NCBI GenBank assembly: GCA_976551045.1
Contig: CDPCPM010000007.1
Location: 16,802,001 to 16,866,000, forward strand
Reading direction: 5' to 3'
DNA: 64,000 bases
From: Glaucostegus cemiculus
Taxonomy: Eukaryota
The notes under the pieces were generated by a model. The model searched no databases, was not told where the DNA came from, and saw only the letters and a list, made by a program, of their open reading frames with translations. Below are positions 39,701 to 51,799 of the stretch, piece after piece. Numbering within the stretch: position 1 is the stretch's first letter; every line of letters starts with the position of its first letter. Position numbers and translations under genes: made by a program.

Positions 39701-41555
39701 TGACTTTGTATGCATGAGCTTTTAGCTTGATGCCTTCTTTTATTTCCCTAGTTATCCAAGGCTGGCTCTCCCTACCATTACTGTCCTTGCCTTTAACTGG
39801 AATATACGTTTGTTGAGCACCCTGAAAAATCTCTTTGAAAGTCTTCCACTGTTCCTCAACTGTCCCACCATATAGCCTGTGTTTCCAGTCGACGCTAGTC
39901 AAATCCTCCCTCATACTGTTGTAGTCTCCCTTGTTTAGGCATAATACATTAGTTTTCGATCAAACTATCGAAAATGCACCCTCCATTTGTATGAGAAATT
40001 CAGTCATGCTATGATCACAGTTTCCAAGAGGATCCCTAACTACAAGATCGCTAATTTTACCCATCTCATTGGACAGGACCAGATCTAAGATAGCATTTTC
40101 CCTTGTAGGTTCACTAGCATGCTAATCAAGAAAGCTGTTATGGATGCATTCTATGAAGTCCTCCTCAAGAATGCCTTGACCAACTTGATTCGCTCAATCT
40201 ATGTGCAAGTTAAAGTCCCCCATGACAACTGTCGTTCCATTTTTCCATGCATCAGATATTTCTTGGTTTATTGCCTGTACCACTGTAATGTCATTATTCA
40301 GTGGCCTATAGACAACAACCACCAGTGATGTTTTCCCTTTACTATTCCTGTCTACCCAGATAGACTCAACATTCTGCTCCCTAGATCTTAAATTGTTTCT
40401 TACTATTGCACCGATCTCCTTCTTATTTAAGAGCGCTACCCCATCTCCTTTACCTTCCTGCCTATCCTTCTGTATTACCTGATACCTTTGGATATTTAAT
40501 TCCCACTCATCTACACCCTGCAACCACATTTCTGTAACGGCCACTAAATCATTACCCCTTTGTAATGATTTGTGCCACAAGTTTACCAACCTTGTTTTGA
40601 ATACTACAGGCATTCAGATAAAGTGTCCCTACACTCATTGTCCTTTTAGGATCTAGTAATCTTTTGTTCCCTTTGCGTTTGACTTTTCTGTACACCACTC
40701 TTACTTTCCTTTTTTCTAAGTTTTGCTCTCGTCTCTGCTTCCCTCTGTCTTTCAACATGGATTCTCATTCCCGCTGCCTTTAATTCAGATAAGCGTGAGG
40801 TGTTGCATTTTGTAAAGTCAATTCCAGGTGGGACTATTACGGTGTAGAAGGGAGACCTAGGAGTACAGGGTTCACTAAGAGTGGAGTCACAGGTAGACAG
40901 GGTGGTGAAGGTGGCCTTTGGCACACTGGCCTTCATCAGTTAGGGCACTAAGTATAAAAGCTGGGAGTCATGGTGTGGTTGTACAAGATGCTGGTGAGGC
41001 TGCACTTAAGAGTATTGTGTTCAGTTTTGGTCACCCTGCTATAGGAAAGATGTTATTCAACTGGAAGGAGTGCAGCAAAGATTTACAAGGATGTTGCCAG
41101 GACTTGAGGGACTGTGTTACAGGGAGAGGTTGGATAGGCTAGGACTTTTTTCATTGGAGACTGAGGTGATCTTATAGAGGTATATAAAATCATAAGCAGC
41201 ATAGATAGGGTGAATGAACTCAGTCTTTCTGCCCCCCTGACCCCCCCACCCCAAACCCCAGAGTTGGGGAATCAAGAACTAGAGGGTATAGGTTTAAGGT
41301 GAGAGAGGAAAGATTTAATATGAACTTGAGGGGCAAGTATATTTGTTTTAAACAAAGGGTTGTATTATGTGGAATGAGCTGCCACAGGAAGTGGTTGAGA
41401 CAGGTACAATAACACTTTTTAAGACGACAGTTGAGAAGGTACATAAATTGGAAAGGTTTAGAAGGTTATTCACCAAACACTGGCAAATAGGGCATCTTGG
41501 TCAGCATGGACCAGTTGGACTGAGGGGCCTGTTTCCGTGCTGTATGACTCTAAAC
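36750..41555 (+). mobile_element. CR1 LINE host split by a nested opposite-strand CR1 (pieces ~36750-37821 and ~40779-41555)
   Basis: [33 protein letters not shown]..aatggcaa (KWQ), resuming tttaattcagataag (FNSDK), then CR1 3' UTR ~41500-41555. Confidence 0.88.
37830..40778 (-). mobile_element. Long decayed CR1 LINE (APE endonuclease through RT and 3' UTR), nested
   Basis: LYLNACSIQNKV, VAVTEMWL, VVYRP, VMGDFNLHID, GNYRPVSLVSVVGK, QFWSPHLRKD fragments. Confidence 0.9.
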
Positions 41556-42612
41556 ACAATCTTAATCGTTAGCCCTGTTATTACTACCTTGTGCTGTCAG
41601 GTGTCAACTTTACAGTATGAATTCCTGTATCCAGTTATGTTACTCTGACCACAAACTTGCCAGAAACCTTACCTCCTTCTACTAGTGATTAGTTTTATTT
41701 ATCTAGCTCCTCAGCCTCTGATGTAAACGTGTTTTAACCAACTTAACTTTTCTTCATGATTAGAATAAATGCTGGCATAATAAACAGAAAATCTTGTGCA
41801 TTTAAAAGTGCTAAAGGAAGGACTGAATTACATCTACATATACAGGACCAATTAACTCTGTCCTCTAATTTCTTAACTGAAAGGCTTCATTTTGTTTTGA
41901 CTTGGGTACAGCACCATACAAGATTGCAAGTACTCATGGAGCATCAGATAAATATTTATTCATAGGGCTGCAGCACTTGGTATAGAGGTTTCTGGAATTT
42001 TGAGGAAATGCTCAAAATTTAAACCGGTAACATTAAGGAATTAAAGACTCAAAGCCTGTAACAAACATATTGTACGTTGCTATAAAGTTCTGCATAGCCA
42101 AGGGGAATGGAACACATTGTTAAATTGAATGAAAAAAATCCTAGTTTATAAAGCTCTCAATGAGCTGAAGCTAATTTCCCTCCACTTATGGAAAGAAGAA
42201 TTTTACTTTGCAGGATGATTGCCCACTGCAGGAGGGAACAGGCACTCACCAACGTTTTTAGCAACAAGAGTGCATCAGATCTTTCAAAACCATTAACTAG
42301 TTGAGGGCTGCAGCACTACCAATAAAGTTCACAATCTGATTAGGTGATTAAATACTCTCAACCAGAAGTTAAAAATCCACGGTCTGACTTTCAATTTTGC
42401 CATTCTTCTCTCCCTACCAGATGAAAATGCTGACTTGTGTAAACTAGGACAAGAATGGTAGAGATACAGTTTTAACCCCCACAAATATAGGGGTTTAATT
42501 GCTACAAATGGGCTGCAAACCGATTTTTGATTCGTACATCACCCAAGACTTGCTCCTTATTAGTTAGAGTGCATTCATTTGACATCGCACAACAATAATT
42601 TTAAATACTTAC

Positions 42613-42837
42613 CCTTGACACCTGAGGAGAACCTGCTATATCTTCACAGGCACTGAAGCTCCCTTGACCAACAATGGAGAGTTCAGTAAAACTCCTCCTT
42701 GGCAGAGGGCTTTCCACTGAAGTAGGGGTATAGTTGATTATACCATGAAAATCAAATGGCTGGCGTCTATTTATAGGCCACTTCCCCTTGATCATTGCTT
42801 CACAAATGTTGTCCAAACGATTAATCATTACGCGATC
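42613..42837 (-). CDS. CHD7: CHD7 coding exon (exon 33 equivalent, 225 bp)
   Basis: [30 protein letters not shown]...SPQVSR; acceptor ggttttcag, donor gtaagt. Confidence 0.95.
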
Positions 42838-44344
42838 CTGAAAACCAAAAATATACTTGCTTAAGTATACATAAACTTGTAACAATGTAATAATCAGGAT
42901 TTTGTAAACCTTCACTGACATACGAATTTTTGTGCCGCAGTATTTAAATCAGGGTTTTTCAAATTTGAAGTATAATATGTGCTCCACACAATTATAGAAA
43001 TTTGTTTTTTCTAATGGATGTATCAGGGAAGAGTGCTATATAAACACTAGATTGAGGAATTCAAAAATAAATACTGCTTATTAATGTACCTATACATTAG
43101 ACATATTCCCACAGGATCAGTGTTCTTAACTTGTTTTCTTATCTCCATACATTATCTTACTATTTGCAAACTTATCAGATTTTCTGACTTTTAGATCAGG
43201 AAGCTATTAGAGACTAGCTATGCATTTAGGCAAATGAATAAAATTTAAATCATGCAAATTATTGCAAACATATAAAAAAATGTAAAGCATTTTGTGCACG
43301 GAACTGAATCAATACAGGAGGCCAAAGTAATCAGGGTATGATGATAGATGAGTCACTGGCAATATTCAGATACTGTGACAAAAGTAAAACATCAAGAAAT
43401 GTGCATATGGTCAGAATAGTAGTATTTATTCATATAAACACTATGCTGAGTTTTGCAATGCAATGCTTAATCTACACTTAATACTCTCTTATGGTACGTG
43501 ACACAAAAAGGCAAAAAATATTGTACAGGTTGCAATTTGAACTATTATGGAGTTATCAAACTTTGTGGTCTATTAAGGAAGCAATGAAGGTGAAACTAAT
43601 TGAGCTACATATATTGATTGTGGATAAACAAAAAAAAAATAGAATCTTACATTACTTTGTAGAACCAATGTAAAGTAGGTTCAGTCTAAAAAATGGAAGT
43701 TAGTGAAAAGTTTAACATAATAAATTTTAAAAGAGTGCTATATGTTTAGAATAGTTTGTTTAGTAACAAAAACAAAATCATAAGGGTTTTTTCCTCCAAA
43801 ATACAGGTGTATTCCAAGTTATGGCAGTAGTGATGAGCTGTGATGGGTTAAGTGTTTTTTTTAAATACATAAACAAGTTTATCACCTTAAGAATACTTCA
43901 CAGGAAGTATAATGCTAAAAATAATATGCTTCACCGTGCATACTCTTCCTTGTAACATCCACAAGCTGGTCATTTTAACCACAGTAGAAATGCATAAAAC
44001 TTTTTCATTTGAAGATCAATTTGAAGAGGTAAGAAAAAATTTAATGTGGCGTAGAGTGTTCAAACTTTGAAACAAAAAGCTATGAAGTATAAAACATCTT
44101 ACTAAATTTATATCACAGAACACAAAAGGCTAATTCAAAATTAAATTTCAATTGTGTACATATTAGTATTTTAATCTGCCATGAAAGAAGAGATTCTAAA
44201 ATTCAAGCTCTCAGCAGCAGTGCCTTGCAATGGAGTGCAAGCAGTTGAACACTTAGCAACATAATCTATAATGAGACGCTCAGTAATAGAATCTCTCATT
44301 TGTCTGGCTGTGGGAAACCATGTTCTGGCCTACTGAGAATTGAT

Positions 44345-45780
44345 ACATAGAACAATACAATACAGCACAGAACAGGCCCTTCGGCCCATCAAGCTGTGCC
44401 ATCCTACAAACAACTCCCAAACTAACTCTTTCCACCCTCATATCCTACTATTCCACATTCTTCCATGTGCTTATCTAACAATCTCTTAAAACTGTCCAAC
44501 GTATCTGCCTCCACTACCACCCCAGGCAGTGCATTGCATGCACCAACCACTCTCTGGGTGAAAAACTTCCCTCTGACATCTCCCCTATACTTTCCACCAA
44601 TTATCTTAAAGGCATGCCCTCTCGTCTTGAGCATCTGCGCTCTGGGAAAGAGGCGCTGACTATTAACTCTATCTATTCCTCTCAATATCTTATACACCTC
44701 TATCAAGTCCCCTCTCATCCTCCTCCTCTCTAATGAGTAGAGCCCTAGCACCTTCAGCCTCCCTCTATATTCCATACCCTCCAATCCAGGAATCATCCTG
44801 GTAAATCGCCTCTGCACCCTCTCCAACGCCTCCACATCCTTCCTACAATGCGGCGACCAGAACTGAACACAATATTCCAAGTGCGGCCTAACTAGAGTTT
44901 TGTAAAGCAGCATCATCACCTCTCTGCTCTTGAACTCAATCCCTTTATTTATAAAAGCCAACATCCCATAAGCCTTCTTAACAGCCCTATCCACCTGCGA
45001 GGCAACTTTCAGTGAACTGTGGATATGAACCCCCAGATCCCTCTGCTCCTCTACACTGCCAAGTACCTTGCCATTTACCTTATACTCTGTCCTGGAGTTT
45101 GTCCTCCCAAAGTGTACCACCTCACACTTCTCCGGATTAAACTCCATCTGCCACCTGTCAGCCCAGCTCTGCATCCTATCAATATCCCCCTGTAAGCTCC
45201 TACAGTCCTCCACACTATCTACCACACCACCGATCTTGGTGTCATCTGCAAATTTACCAACCCATCCCTCCACTCCTTCATCTAAATCATCTATGAATAT
45301 AACAAAGAGTAGAGGCCCCAGAACCGATCCCTGCGGGACTCCACTAGTCACAGCCCTCCAATCCGAGGGCACTCCCTCCACCATAACCCTCTGCCTTCTA
45401 CAGGAAAGCCAATTTCTTATCCACACAGCCAACCTCCCCTGGATACCTCGACCCCTGATCTTCTGAAGAAGCCTGCCATGAGGAACCTTATCGAACGCCT
45501 TACTAAAATCCATATACACTACATCCACCGCCCTGCCCTCATCAAGCTTCCTCGTCACCTCCTCAAAGAACTCTATCAGGCTCGTGAGGCAAGATCTTCC
45601 CTTCACAAAGCCATGCTGACTGTCCCTAATCAGTTCATGACTCTCCAAGTGCTCATAGATCCTATCCCTCAAAATCCTTTCCAACAGCTTACCTACCACA
45701 GACGTGAGACTCACCGGTCTGTAATTTCCCGGACTATCTCTACTGCCCTTCTTAAACAAGGGAACAACATCCGCTACCCG
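44345..45780 (-). mobile_element. Young 5'-truncated CR1 LINE with intact RT ORF (stop at 44422)
   Basis: [66 protein letters not shown]; CR1 3' UTR at 44345-44420. Confidence 0.95.
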
Positions 45781-46174
45781 CGGGGGGGGGGTTGGGAAAA
45801 TGGGGAAAGAAGCAGTGGCTCCAACCAAGGGGATAATGTCGACATAGCACCAACTGATATACTGAGTACAGTCATCCAGTGCTTGGCTGCACTGAATGGA
45901 CCTTTATCCCCCGAAAAGTCATGGGGAAAACATGATGTACTAGCTCAATGTGGAGATTGGAAAGAGAGTGCACTTAAAATTAAAGCTATTTGCTTTATTA
46001 CAGTTATGTAATTATTGTAAACATAAAATAGCACCACCCTCTTCATATTTTGTTGAAAGGAACAGAAATTTGAATAGATTTGAATATGGATTTTCCAAAG
46101 ACAATTAGTTCCCACTTCATTTTTCACAAAACAAAAATAATAAATAAAAATTCATGCATCAAGTCCACCCATAC

Positions 46175-46335
46175 CTTTGGCCAGAATGAGAAGGAATATG
46201 TTCTTTCGTGAAGTAGTTGAGCTACTGTGGGTTCACTATCTTCCATAAAAAAGCCATCACGAGTTTCATCACGGGCAGTGCTTAAAGAAGCATTGCTTTC
46301 TTCATCAAAATGTTTGCCTTGAGAAATAGTGCCAG
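46175..46335 (-). CDS. CHD7: CHD7 coding exon (exon 32 equivalent, 161 bp)
   Basis: [53 protein letters not shown]; acceptor ctacacag, donor gtatgg. Confidence 0.95.
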
Positions 46336-46789
46336 CTGTGTAGAAAATTATGCAAGTTGAATGCAACAACATTAACTCCATGACCCTGCTACTGAATGAA
46401 GCATGAAATTATGAATAGAAAAACATTCTTTTATTCAGTTTTATGTGGCTCAATTTCAAAATAAAAATATAATCTACCATGCAATTACTTAAAGTACCTT
46501 GACATCAAAGTTTTCCTACTAGTTGGTTACATTGGCATATCATATGAAGAATTAAGTCCTAATGCAGTCACAATGAAACAGGCGAGAGGGAATTGCTATT
46601 CCACCAGCCATTTAACTCATGATTGCTGTAAATCATCTTATTTGTGGAAGTTACCTGGGTGTACATATTAATTTAACCGAAGGATATTAGAACTAATACT
46701 GCAGTTCTTCTCATTTTTCATATCAGTTCATATTTGCTAATGATGAATGCAGCTATCTTGATCATTGCTGATTCATAGAACAATCCCAT

Positions 46790-47053
46790 TTGCCCACCGA
46801 TTTTCTCTTTAACCTGTCCTTTCCATCTTCCCATCAACTTCCTCCATATTCTACAACGCACCCTTCACTGGTGATTTATAATAACTGGTTAACCTCCCAA
46901 TCTGCACATCTTTGGAAGGTAGGGAGAAATCAGAGTACCTGGGGAAATCCACAGAGTTACAAGGAGAATGTGCCAAGTCTATACAGACAGCATGAGGGGT
47001 CAGGATTGAACGTGTCTTCACTGCATCCAAGGCAGCAACTCAACTGTGCCACC
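46790..47053 (-). mobile_element. Decayed V-SINE
   Basis: Reverse complement begins ggtggcacagttgag, B-box-like gttcaatcc, V-domain-like ggatttccccaggtactctg. Confidence 0.65.
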
Positions 47054-47777
47054 TAGTCCTATAATCTAGTTTTCATTGGTGTTGATTATCCAATTTAAAC
47101 TTCATCAGGAATGATATTTCCACGTAAATGCTTACAAAGCTAATCTCTGATTTTACTGAATCACTGCAAAAACTCTTAAACTTCCAGATGAAGCAAAGGA
47201 TTAGGTACCATTATTTAGCAAGTTCAGCATATACACAGTTTAACATAAAACAAATTTAATATTCTGCTGAGACACATTTAATAGTGTTCCACTTAGGGAT
47301 CATTAGATTGTTACAAACACACAAAAGCTCACAGCCAGCTGCTACATATTACTTTAATACTGGAATTATTCTATACTCTGGTATTATGGAAGTAGAGTCA
47401 CTTTCTCTTGACTAGGTGAAACAAAAGTTACTGCTTGAACACAAGATGGAAAGCAGCATTTATTATTCAACCAAATTAAAATTTTGTGTTGAAACATTGA
47501 TTTGATTGAAATTTTAAAACATCATTGTAATCAAAATAATGCTTAACTTTAAGCAGGATTTTGTGTATTAGACAAATATAGAAATATAGAAAACAGTTCT
47601 GGCTTCTCGTAAGACTGCTTTTCTAATTTATCTGAAATACCAAGTAGTTCCATTCAAGTACCTTGCTCTCAAGAGCAGAAGGTATTTACACAAGGAAACA
47701 AATTCTTTATTAGGAACTCCATTAGGAATTCCATAAAGAACAAATTCTTTATGGAATTGTCCATTTACAAACGGTAC

Positions 47778-48533
47778 CTTCAGGTTGGGATGATTCTTCC
47801 GACTTATCATCAATGTCGTCATCGTCCTCCTCATCTTCATCTTCATCTTCTGACACTTTCTCAAATGGCAATTTAGGTCTGATTTCCTTTTCTTCAGAAT
47901 CAGCAAGCATTTTTGTACCCAGGGCTGAAGTCTCATTAGCATCATGCTCAACTTTCACAGACAATGGCTCTGAGGTATCCTGACAATCAGAATCAATTTG
48001 TATGTTCTCTGCACAATTTGTTTCTCCATCATCCTTGGAAGGCTCTGCACTTTGCTCACCCCGAGCTGTTGGTATAGGACTTTTTAGTTCACCTTCAGTT
48101 TTACTATCGTCAAATTCTGCTTGTTCTGTACATCTTTCTTCTTGAACTGGCGTAGCTGGAGCAACAGAAGGTATTTGGCTCACGCAGGCACCAGGTTGGT
48201 TCTGGAAAGGTGTACTGGTCCGCTGGCTGGCCCCTTTGTTTTGAGCAAAATTTTTATGGGCTTCCAGGAAAGAAAGTTCAGGGTCATTTAGTATGTGATA
48301 ATCTGTCCTGCTAACTCCATGCTTTGCAGCACCAATCAATAAATCTTTGTCATGTTTGCCACACTCCCACCATTCAGGCAGGTCCATGCTTGGCTGGCAT
48401 AACTTGAGTCGCTCATCAAGTTGAGCATGGAGCAACACCTGCTCTCGAACCTTCCGGAGAAGTTCTATTCGGTACAAGGTTCTAGAAGCACGCTCTTCCG
48501 TGATTGGCTCAATGAAAATGGTAGAATCAGATT
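47778..48533 (-). CDS. CHD7: CHD7 coding exon (exon 31 equivalent, 756 bp)
   Basis: [27 protein letters not shown]...[37 protein letters not shown]...[11 protein letters not shown]; acceptor ttcctttaaag, donor gtaccg. Confidence 0.94.
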
Positions 48534-48919
48534 CTTTAAAGGAAAAAAACAAAAACTGATTTAAGTCTCCACATTGGTTGTTACCTGTTGCGCAATTCAT
48601 ATGATTCAGATTTTATACAAGTCACATTTGGATTGATGAATATCCTGAATGCAATGAATTCCCACACAAACTAACACAGATCAGGTCACTGATTAAGGAA
48701 ATATTTGTAATGACCACAGAATATTAGGGGTTCCAGTGTACAAGGCTAGCATGAACTTTCATTTAAAAGTCAAACTAGAGACTTATGAAACCCAAATTAG
48801 AATGAGCCTGAAAAAAAGGGACCTTGTTCTACTCCTGCATTAGAGCAAGAATCCTGTACAATTATGATGCAGAGTATGCATATAAAAATATGAAATAAAA
48901 CTGGCTGGCAACTGCATTA

Positions 48920-49100
48920 AAGAGGCTCAGCCATTGTCAGCATTCAAAACCAAGGTTGATGGATTTCTGGATGTTAGAGAAATCTGAAGATATGGGAACA
49001 GGGCAAGAAAATGTTGGAACATTAGTTGGATTAGCCATGATCTCGTTGAATGACAGAGCAGCCTTGAAGATCTCACATGACCTACTACTGCTACTATTCA
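48920..49100 (+). mobile_element. CR1 3' end fragment (similar fragments ~21440-21640 and ~50930-51110)
   Basis: ttcaaaaccaaggttgatggatt..gatatggg..ttagccatgatctcgttgaatgacagagcag..gacctactactgct. Confidence 0.65.
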
Positions 49101-49636
49101 TTATGAGCTACAGAGGAACAAGGCCATTCATTTCCTGCAGCCTGCATCTCAACTCTGAGAAATCAAAACAAAAACTGCAGATGCCAGAAATCTGAAATAG
49201 AAAATGTTGGAAACACTCAGCAGGTCAAACAGTATGGCTGTATCAAACCTGGTCATTTCTGACCCAAGTCATCCAATGATATCAGCTTTCCTCTCTCCAT
49301 TAGTACAGCTTGATCTGCTGAGCATGCTCCACAGCCCTGCTATCAGCAACACAACAAAGTATAATTACCCTCTAATGGTCTCATTAATGCATTTAACCTA
49401 ATTTCACCTGATTAGATACTTCATCCCTCCCACCACCTCAAACTTAAGATCACCTTTTCTTTAAAAAAATCAATTATGTTCAATTCTAATGAAGGGTCAC
49501 CAATTTGAAACATTAACTGTTTCCCTTTCCACATATGCTGTTTGACCTGTAGAGTGTTTCAGTATTTTTCTGTTTTTATTACGTATTGTGCTTCAACTCT
49601 ATCTGCTTGCCATGGGTCTCTACAGTAATGTCTTAC

Positions 49637-49845
49637 CTTCGTCGGGATTAGGAGGCATATGACAAACTTTTCTACACATAGTCACAAAAGAGTTGAAGTA
49701 CTTTTCCAAACTATCATCAGACTTTTTATCCAGTCTAGCAAAGGCACGGAATTGGCTCCAGTCAAATTGCTTCTTCATGGGATCGAAAACTACACCAAAG
49801 GTTGATACTACACGGTAGAAGTCTGCCTCCTCCCTCCTGGTCCAC
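49637..49845 (-). CDS. CHD7: CHD7 coding exon (exon 30 equivalent, 209 bp; SANT-like region)
   Basis: [50 protein letters not shown]...PNPDE; acceptor ttatctag, donor gtaaga. Confidence 0.96.
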
Positions 49846-49904
49846 CTAGATAACAAAAATGTTGATAAAAACATTTCAACATTGAAATCTCATGAGAACT
49901 AACA

Positions 49905-50165
49905 GGTATTGGTATATTTTCATCACTTGCACCGAGATACAGTGAAAAGCTTTAGCTTGCATGCCATCCAGGCAGATCAAGCCATAAGTACATAGAAGCA
50001 GTAAAAAGAAAACAATACAGAAATATGGTACTTCAGCTGCAGAGAAATTGCAGTGCAAGTAAACACTACAAAGGCCATGACTAAGTAGATTGTGAGATCA
50101 TGAGTTCATCTTTCACATACGAGAGATTTGTTCAAGAGTCTGAGAACAGCAGAAAAGCAGCTCAG
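49905..50165 (-). mobile_element. 3' end fragment of a Rex1-type LINE
   Basis: Reverse complement aaagcttttcactgtatctcggtgcaagtgatgaaaatataccaatacc, a LINE tail with short tandem end. Confidence 0.55.
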
Positions 50166-51570
50166 CCACAAGCTATTATGGGTATAAACTGAAACCCTAA
50201 TTGCACTACATTGTAAAGTCTGAAACATCAATGATACAGAACTATAATACCAATTGAGAGATGGTGAGTTTAATTTCTACTCCAAAGAACAGATGATAAA
50301 ATCTAGGCTTAAACTAGATTGAAGCTCTGTTGATGGTGCCACTTTTTGTTAGAATGTTAAACAAAGGCCTTGCAATGTTGCTAAGCTTCAAAACAAAACA
50401 GTAAGGCTCTTCGGGGCATCAAGATCAGGAAGTTTAGATTTTTTTTCCCCTGTACAAGATAGAAGACAACATATTTCCAGATATCCCACCCCAACCACTG
50501 TATGCTTCCCCCAAGAGTGATGAGCTTTTCAGTTAACATATGTAAAACCACAAACCATTGCCCATAGACAGACAATTCACTGCAGTACTATGGGGATCTC
50601 CATAACCTCCAGATAAATGAATTAATTTCCATGGTCCATTTTAAATCCAAGCCCCATAGCTTGGACTTAAAATCGACTATGGAAATTAATTCAATTATTT
50701 GGAGGTTACCATCTGATGCAACATCTTCCACGCCATACAAAAAAGTGGCTGAAAATCAAATCAATACTCATTGTGAAGAAATCAATGAAAATTTTAAAGC
50801 CTGTAACAGTGCAAAAATTTAAACAAAGGATTAAAACACAACTGAATGTTACTTTCTTAGAAACTGAGTGAATAACTCCAGACTAGTCAGCATGCACAAA
50901 GCATGGACCAAAGGGAAAAAAAAATCACATGACCTTACAGCTTCTGTTCTAAGGAAGAGATGCTAGCTGAAGCACTTATGGACAAAATGGAAAAACTAAG
51001 GGAAGAGTATGGGAAGTTGGAGTTGAGGCAGAAGATTCAAAATGTTTTTCCTCAATGTTTGAGTTGATTCAGGGACTGAATGGTTTACTATTGGACCTTT
51101 TCTTTGTATTCTTAGAATGCTGAATCCCAACTATCATTTTATAACTTATTCCTATAAATGAATACTTGATTTTTGTTCTTTGTCCCAGCTATACATTGAT
51201 TTGCACAACTAATTTCTACTAAATCCACAAGGGGATTTATAATTATTTTCAGTATTAGGTTTCACTTTATTTTTGAATTATAATTATGTTATAAATATTC
51301 AGCATGATTTGTTTTTGTGATTGCTGAAAACATGTTCTTTTGAGAGGAAAATTAGTTCTCAAGTATTTTCTCTATCCAACAGCTTCACTAAAAAAAAGTT
51401 GCATAGCCTAGAGATCTGAGACCTTAATGCTCCCTTATTCAGGCACTTTAGAACGAATAATTCACTGTTAATGCATTTAATTTAATAAGACAATGCCACA
51501 GGTAAGTATTCCAAAGCATGTCACATACATTGAAAATACTTGCAGTTAAGTGCGCAGTTCATGGTATTAC

Positions 51571-51799
51571 CTTTGACGCTTCTCAGATATGGCTGCATTT
51601 CTCTCTGCCTCCCGAGCTCTCACTTCATCTCTTGGCCGACGTCTGCGACGGTCACTTTTGTTCAGTGCTTCTAATTTCATCTGCTCCCTTTTGTAGCTGC
51701 GTTGATAAGCTGTGATAAGCCGGCGCAGGCGTGTTGTGAGGACTGATGTGCTGGGCCAGTAGAGTTTATCCGATTCATCATCTTGATCAGGTTGTTTGT
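51571..51799 (-). CDS. CHD7: CHD7 coding exon (exon 29 equivalent, 229 bp)
   Basis: [41 protein letters not shown]...ISEKRQ; acceptor tttttacag, donor gtaata. Confidence 0.95.

Noticed and set aside
41964-42318. 14-bp direct repeat agggctgcagcact about 340 bp apart
   Set aside because: Short and probably internal to an old repeat; no array structure, so not CRISPR-like.
44422-45828. 468-aa and 444-aa (56790-58124) RT ORFs as domesticated host genes or retron-like systems
   Set aside because: Both are 5'-truncated LINE ORF2 fragments with LINE 3' tails; their listed starts lie in flanking DNA.
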